Origin: Candidatus Margulisiibacteriota bacterium | GTDB taxonomy: Bacteria > Margulisbacteria > WOR-1 > O2-12-FULL-45-9 | Reading direction: 5' to 3' | Assembly: GCA_043816785.1 (NCBI GenBank) | Contig: JBDRHP010000104.1 | Span: 1-27,147 of the forward strand | DNA: 27,147 bases | In this document: positions 22,690-27,147 of the stretch, in pieces | Position numbering within the stretch: the stretch's first letter is position 1 | Layout: every line of letters starts with the position of its first letter | The notes under the pieces: generated by a model | Databases searched by the model: none | Seen by the model: only the letters and a program-made list of their open reading frames with translations | Told to the model about the DNA's origin: nothing | Program-made: the position numbers and the translations under genes

Positions 22690-25303
22690 TTCTTTTAATA
22701 ATTTGAACGATTCCCGCTCCCAGGAAAATGAAGGCGCCCAGGGCGGTTAGTAATCTTCCCAGGATATCGGGCAAAAGAGAGCTATAATAAAGGATCACTT
22801 CTTCCTCTTCGGGATAGACCAACATAAAGTTGGGCGTGACATGATAGATGCGTTTGGCGCCTGATACTTTCCAGTTTGGAAAATATGAAAATTTAATGAT
22901 GTGGGGCTGATGCAGTGCTTTAGTCCTGAATCGTATTCGCTGGTTACTGATTTCTTCTTCTTGAATTGCTTGAGAAGATAAAGAGCTGGAATCTATTGTC
23001 TGGAGATCAGGGGTGGTTGGTGAAATCGAGTATCTTACATTATCCAGGGGACGCTGCTTAAGGTCGGTTATTTTTGCCTGAAAAAAGGCTCCGCCCACAC
23101 CCTGTTCCAGCTTGTATAACAGGGCGTTGCTGCCTTTTTTAAGCGTGATTTCTTTAGTCCGAAAATTGTTCAGGCCGGTAATTGATGTTTTAACTATTAA
23201 CTTGCCATTTAAATATATTCTGGCATGATCATCATTGCAATAGAGGAGCAGGGCAGGCTGGTCTTTTTCCGAAATGATATTGGTGTAATTGTAGCTGATA
23301 AAATTTTGTTTGGGCTGATAGAGGCTGTCAACGAAAATTGGCCCCCGGCGCAGGATCGCCTTCCATTTTCGGCCAAATTGTTTATAGCCGGCTTGGGGGT
23401 TCAGCTCATCCAGTTTAACCATTTCAAGCTCAACAGCCAGTTCGTTTGCAAGACCTGGACGGAAGTAATAAGGGCCAAGCGAGAGCCAAATTGGGATTTC
23501 TTCGGTATCCTGAGACAGGCTGGAAAGGAAACTTAAGTATTCTTCTTCGGATAGCACGGCTGTTGAATCGGGAATTGCAGCTTCGCGCCCTTTCAGCAGA
23601 ATAAATGGCATATCAAGAGCTTTAATGGTGTAAAGCCATTCCATGGCGTTTTCTTTCCAATGTTTTGTCCTGACGGCCAGGGGTTTTTTCTTGGGTATGT
23701 AAACATAATTTCCCGGATTGCTGGTCAGCTCAAAGAGTTGGTAGGCGCCAACAGACTTAAGCAGTTTCCATTCCGGGTGGTTGGCTAAAGCCTGGCGGGT
23801 TCTCTCCCAGTAAGCGATAAAATGCTTTACATTGGCAAGTTTAAGATGCTTGGTCCCGTTTTCCATATTGAAAGAAGCGGGGTTGACAACGGTCGGGAAA
23901 CCCGCGGGATTTTTTGAGGTTTCGCCCTGGATGTAGTAGGAAAACATCGAGCCGGTAGCTGAATTCACAATGCCGCCCTCCAGGATATCCTTGTTTATCA
24001 GCGCGGGCACGGTTTCAAAGACCCGGCTGGAGCCGAGATGGTTATTATATTCGTGCAGATCATTAGCCAGGCGGCCGGGCGTGTTATCAAGCGGCAGAAC
24101 CAGGTCACGGAAAGTAGCGTAATTTGCTTTGCCCTCCAGGCCTTCATAATTCCATTTTACCCAGGCGCGAACATTATTTTTTGAGGCCCCGATTATCATC
24201 AGGGTCGAAATAAGCAGGACCGTCACTAAAATTTCCTTAGCCTTAAACTCTTCAAACAGGTACCCGATCCCAATTGAGGCCAGGATCATTATGGAGTAAT
24301 AAATAAAAGGCCAGAAACGGATATTGGTAAAACTGGCATTTATTTTTCCGCCCGTGTAAAAAGCGAGCGTGGATAAAATAAGCAATAAGAAAACAAAGAT
24401 GAAATTCTTTCTTTTTTTAATGAAACCCCACCCGATCGCGAATAAAGCGGGAAGAAAAAAACCAAGGGTGTAGAGCGGGAACGTTTTCCAGAGGGTCACA
24501 TCCCAGTCGCCGCCAAATTCCACTGAATAGGCGCGCTTGGCGATCAAAGGAATTACCCACCAGGCCGTTAAAAGAAAAGTTAGAGCGTAGGTTTTTAAAA
24601 AAACAACAACTCGTTGTTTGAGCTGTGCTTGGCCAAACAAAAAGATGAGAAAGAATGCCAGCGCGCCCGCGATGACAGAAGTGAAAAAATGGCTGAAAAA
24701 TAAAAGCGCGAACAAAGCGACTGTGCGGAGGCGGAATCGGGCTTTCTCCATGTCCTGATAAAAGGACCCGAGGAATAAAACAAAAAACACAAAACTGATG
24801 CTGTTGGAAATTTCACCGGCCAGCGTGCTGTAAATATTTACTCCCCACATGGTGTGGGCATCCACAAAGAGAAAAGGCAGCATGGCTATGGAGCCGAGCA
24901 ATGGTATGGGCCCAGCGAATCTCATCCATTTAAGAGAAAAATATACGGCCAGCGGTAGAAATAATACTCCCAGTATTGAAACGATCTTAAAGGAGATATT
25001 GATGGGAATAAAAAAGCTTAAGACCGCCATGGCCCAGTAGGGAAGGAAAAAATAATACTGGTACATCGGGAACCCGCACCACCAGCCTTTGGCCCAGCTA
25101 ATGATCGCTCCACGGCTGAAAAAGGTTTCCGTTAAGTGTTTTAAGAGATAGTTGTGCGCTGGAGTGTCTCCTCCGGTCGGGGTGGTGTCAAGCAAAATAT
25201 ATTTCAGGTCAAAATAGCTTAAAAGGAAGAGGAATATAATAATAAGAACGGCTGCGGAAAATAGGCTTTTCCAGTTTTTTTGAATGAAAGCAACGATTTG
25301 CAT
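22679..25303 (-). CDS. Multi-pass membrane protein, GT-C-like (PTPS-related/YfhO-like) with a probable PA14-like periplasmic domain
   Basis: TPTGGDTPAH, W..GWWCGFPMYQYY, about 11 TMs, NDDHARIYLNG, SYFPNWKV..A..IY.VTPNFM. Confidence 0.7.
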   Translation of the reverse strand: MQIVAFIQKNWKSLFSAAVLIIIFLFLLSYFDLKYILLDTTPTGGDTPAHNYLLKHLTETFFSRGAIISWAKGWWCGFPMYQYYFFLPYWAMAVLSFFIPINISFKIVSILGVLFLPLAVYFSLKWMRFAGPIPLLGSIAMLPFLFVDAHTMWGVNIYSTLAGEISNSISFVFFVLFLGSFYQDMEKARFRLRTVALFALLFFSHFFTSVIAGALAFFLIFLFGQAQLKQRVVVFLKTYALTFLLTAWWVIPLIAKRAYSVEFGGDWDVTLWKTFPLYTLGFFLPALFAIGWGFIKKRKNFIFVFLLLILSTLAFYTGGKINASFTNIRFWPFIYYSIMILASIGIGYLFEEFKAKEILVTVLLISTLMIIGASKNNVRAWVKWNYEGLEGKANYATFRDLVLPLDNTPGRLANDLHEYNNHLGSSRVFETVPALINKDILEGGIVNSATGSMFSYYIQGETSKNPAGFPTVVNPASFNMENGTKHLKLANVKHFIAYWERTRQALANHPEWKLLKSVGAYQLFELTSNPGNYVYIPKKKPLAVRTKHWKENAMEWLYTIKALDMPFILLKGREAAIPDSTAVLSEEEYLSFLSSLSQDTEEIPIWLSLGPYYFRPGLANELAVELEMVKLDELNPQAGYKQFGRKWKAILRRGPIFVDSLYQPKQNFISYNYTNIISEKDQPALLLYCNDDHARIYLNGKLIVKTSITGLNNFRTKEITLKKGSNALLYKLEQGVGGAFFQAKITDLKQRPLDNVRYSISPTTPDLQTIDSSSLSSQAIQEEEISNQRIRFRTKALHQPHIIKFSYFPNWKVSGAKRIYHVTPNFMLVYPEEEEVILYYSSLLPDILGRLLTALGAFIFLGAGIVQIIKRNEN

Positions 25304-25385
25304 GGCTTATCATTATATCGAATTTTAGATTTAATCTCAAATGATGTATAATTCGAGGGAAATCAGCCCTCTTCTTAGGTGTGAA

Positions 25386-26126
25386 ATGAATAAAGTTATT
25401 GTTGTTATGCCGGCTTTTAATGCCGGCAAGACCTTGGCCAAAACCTATCAGGATATTCCCAAGGACCTGGTTAGCGAGGTCGTTTTAGGCGATGATTGTT
25501 CCAGAGATAATACTGTTGAACTGGCGCTTTCCTTGGGGATTAAAGTCCTCAAGACCCCCAAAAATCTTGGCTACGGCGGCAACCAAAAAATGCTTTATAA
25601 CGAGGCCTTAAAGGCTGGGGCAGATGTCATCGTTATGATCCACCCGGACTGGCAGTATGACGCGACAAAAATTCCTGAGCTGATCGCCCCGATTCTACAA
25701 GGTAAAAAAGATGTGATGCTTGGCTCAAGGATCTTGGGCGGGCGAGCCGGCACCCTGGCCGGAGGAATGCCAATTTACAAATATATTTCGAATCGATTTT
25801 TAACCTGGGCAGAGAATCTGATACTTAAACTGAATCTTTCTGAATATCATACCGGCTTTCGTGCGTTTCGTCGCAGGGTTTTGGAAACAATACCCATTGA
25901 GCTCAATTCTGATGATTTTGTCTTCGATTCTGAGATTTTGGCCGAAACAGCGGCTTTTGGTTTCCGCGCGGGAGAGATCCCCATACCCTGCCGTTACTTT
26001 TCAGAAGCTTCGGAAATAGATCTATGGCGGAGTATAGTTTATGGGCTGCAAACCCTTTGGGTCTGCTTAAAACTTGTGTTGCATAGATCAAATATAAAAA
26101 AGTTTGCGCAGTTTACAGCAAGGTGA
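25386..26126 (+). CDS. Glycosyltransferase family 2 (polyprenol-phosphate sugar synthase-like)
   Basis: VVMPAFN, DDCSRDNT, NLGYGGNQK, HPDWQY and EYHTGFRAF motifs; start ATG 25386 behind AGGTG. Confidence 0.9.
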   Translation: MNKVIVVMPAFNAGKTLAKTYQDIPKDLVSEVVLGDDCSRDNTVELALSLGIKVLKTPKNLGYGGNQKMLYNEALKAGADVIVMIHPDWQYDATKIPELIAPILQGKKDVMLGSRILGGRAGTLAGGMPIYKYISNRFLTWAENLILKLNLSEYHTGFRAFRRRVLETIPIELNSDDFVFDSEILAETAAFGFRAGEIPIPCRYFSEASEIDLWRSIVYGLQTLWVCLKLVLHRSNIKKFAQFTAR

Positions 26127-26140
26127 TAAAATCAGTGCCA

Positions 26141-26644
26141 ATGAAACATCAAGGATTTAGCTTGATAGAGCTTATCATGGTCTTGACGGTCATTGCTATT
26201 TTATCGGTTGTATCCTTTATTGCTTTGGACCCTTATAAGGGAATAAAACTTGACGCCGCAACCAGGAAGATCGCCGCGGATGTTGAATATGCGCGCAGCC
26301 TGGCGCTCACCACGGCTAAGTGGCACGGAATTGGTTTTGATGTCGCGCCAGCCAATAAATATTCAGTTTATAAAACTGATGGCAGCACGGATGAACCAAT
26401 CGAAAATCCTGCTAAACTTGGAACCGATTTTATTGTGCTAACTTGGAACGATTTGGGAAGAGTAAAGATTAACAGTGCTGCTATTGGTGGAGGGCAAAAG
26501 ATAGAATTTAGCCCTCTGGGTGCTCCTTACAACGATAAAAATGGTTCTGCCCTTGCCACGCCGGGCATTATTACTCTAGAGTATTCTGGAATAACTCGTC
26601 GGATCGAAATTACACCAAATACCGGGAAAATAAGCATTCTATGA
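26141..26644 (+). CDS. Prepilin-type N-terminal cleavage protein (GspH/FimT-like)
   Basis: QG|FSLIELIMVL class III signal; ARSLA motif; C-terminal I...TG.I pattern. Confidence 0.85.
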   Translation: MKHQGFSLIELIMVLTVIAILSVVSFIALDPYKGIKLDAATRKIAADVEYARSLALTTAKWHGIGFDVAPANKYSVYKTDGSTDEPIENPAKLGTDFIVLTWNDLGRVKINSAAIGGGQKIEFSPLGAPYNDKNGSALATPGIITLEYSGITRRIEITPNTGKISIL

Positions 26645-27030
26645 TCAAAAAGAAAGGCTTTACCTTAGTTGAGACCATTGTTTCCACAGTTATAATTGGC
26701 ATTATTATGTATGCGGTTATGGCGATTTTTATCACTGCCAATGTTAAGGGGGCAAATGTTGGGATTTTCGCTGTTGCCCAGTCGCTGGGGGAGGGCAAAA
26801 TGGAAGAGGCCATGGCCAGGGATTTTGGGAGTCTGGCCAGCGAGGATCAGGCCAATTTTACCGGTGACCTCAAGCCCTATAGTTATAAAATAGTTGCCAA
26901 TTATGTTTCGGCCGCTGCCTTAGACTTGCCGGTTACTTTTGTGACGGATTACAAAAAGATCGCAGTGATTGTTTCTCATCCTCAGTTGGGAAGCCCTGTT
27001 ACGCTGGAATCAATAAGGGCAAATTATTAA
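26641..27030 (+). CDS. Prepilin-type minor (pseudo)pilin
   Basis: KKKG|FTLVETIV class III signal and hydrophobic helix. Confidence 0.85.
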   Translation: MIKKKGFTLVETIVSTVIIGIIMYAVMAIFITANVKGANVGIFAVAQSLGEGKMEEAMARDFGSLASEDQANFTGDLKPYSYKIVANYVSAAALDLPVTFVTDYKKIAVIVSHPQLGSPVTLESIRANY

Positions 27031-27031
27031 G

Positions 27032-27147
27032 ATGAAAAAAGGCCTAAGCTTAATTGAGAGTGTGGTCGTAATAATGCTGGCTGCCATTATTGCGTCAGTC
27101 GTGGCTTTATATATTCGGGAGAGCCTTACTGCCTGGGATTTTATGAG
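27032..27147 (+). CDS. Prepilin-type protein, truncated by the window edge
   Basis: Translated by hand: MKKG|LSLIESVVVIMLAAIIASVVALYIRESLTAWDFM. Confidence 0.75.
   Translation, partial: MKKGLSLIESVVVIMLAAIIASVVALYIRESLTAWDFM

Noticed and set aside
3876..26893. Numerous 60-175 aa antisense or alternate-frame ORFs in the ORF track
   Set aside because: All overlap well-supported genes and show no recognisable motifs.
1..27147. tRNA, rRNA, T-box or riboswitch elements
   Set aside because: None recognised; the trpD-glyQ intergenic region is only 56 bp, too short for a T-box leader.

Overview
Bacterial chromosomal window from a diderm. The gene set and order (cyanobacteria-like lptB-lptF/G-DUF3084-YqgF plus Firmicutes-like holB-PSP1) suggest a non-photosynthetic cyanobacterial sister lineage such as Saganbacteria/Margulisbacteria; this is inference only. 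Most of the window is housekeeping or envelope: holB, PSP1/RicT-like, rpsU, two LptF/G permeases, TPR protein, LptD-like protein, lipoprotein, lnt, YqgF-like nuclease, DUF3084, lptB, trpD, glyQ-glyS, a glycosylation cluster (flippase-like, GT9, GT-C-like, GT2) and three prepilin-type genes. The first 3 kb is an accessory region: a DUF2441/ART-like membrane protein, a cupin, and an ORF6N plus four-helix-bundle operon embedded in dense DNA structure. That structure comprises a 14-20 bp direct repeat bracketing the modules, 6- and 7-nt periodic repeats forming long hairpins, a 29-bp direct repeat flanking the four-helix-bundle gene, and three covarying 19-bp palindromes (one inside the ORF6N coding sequence, two in its leader). 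Small palindromic or periodic elements also sit in frame inside lptD, lnt, glyQ and glyS. All protein family calls are from motif recognition by eye; no searches were run.
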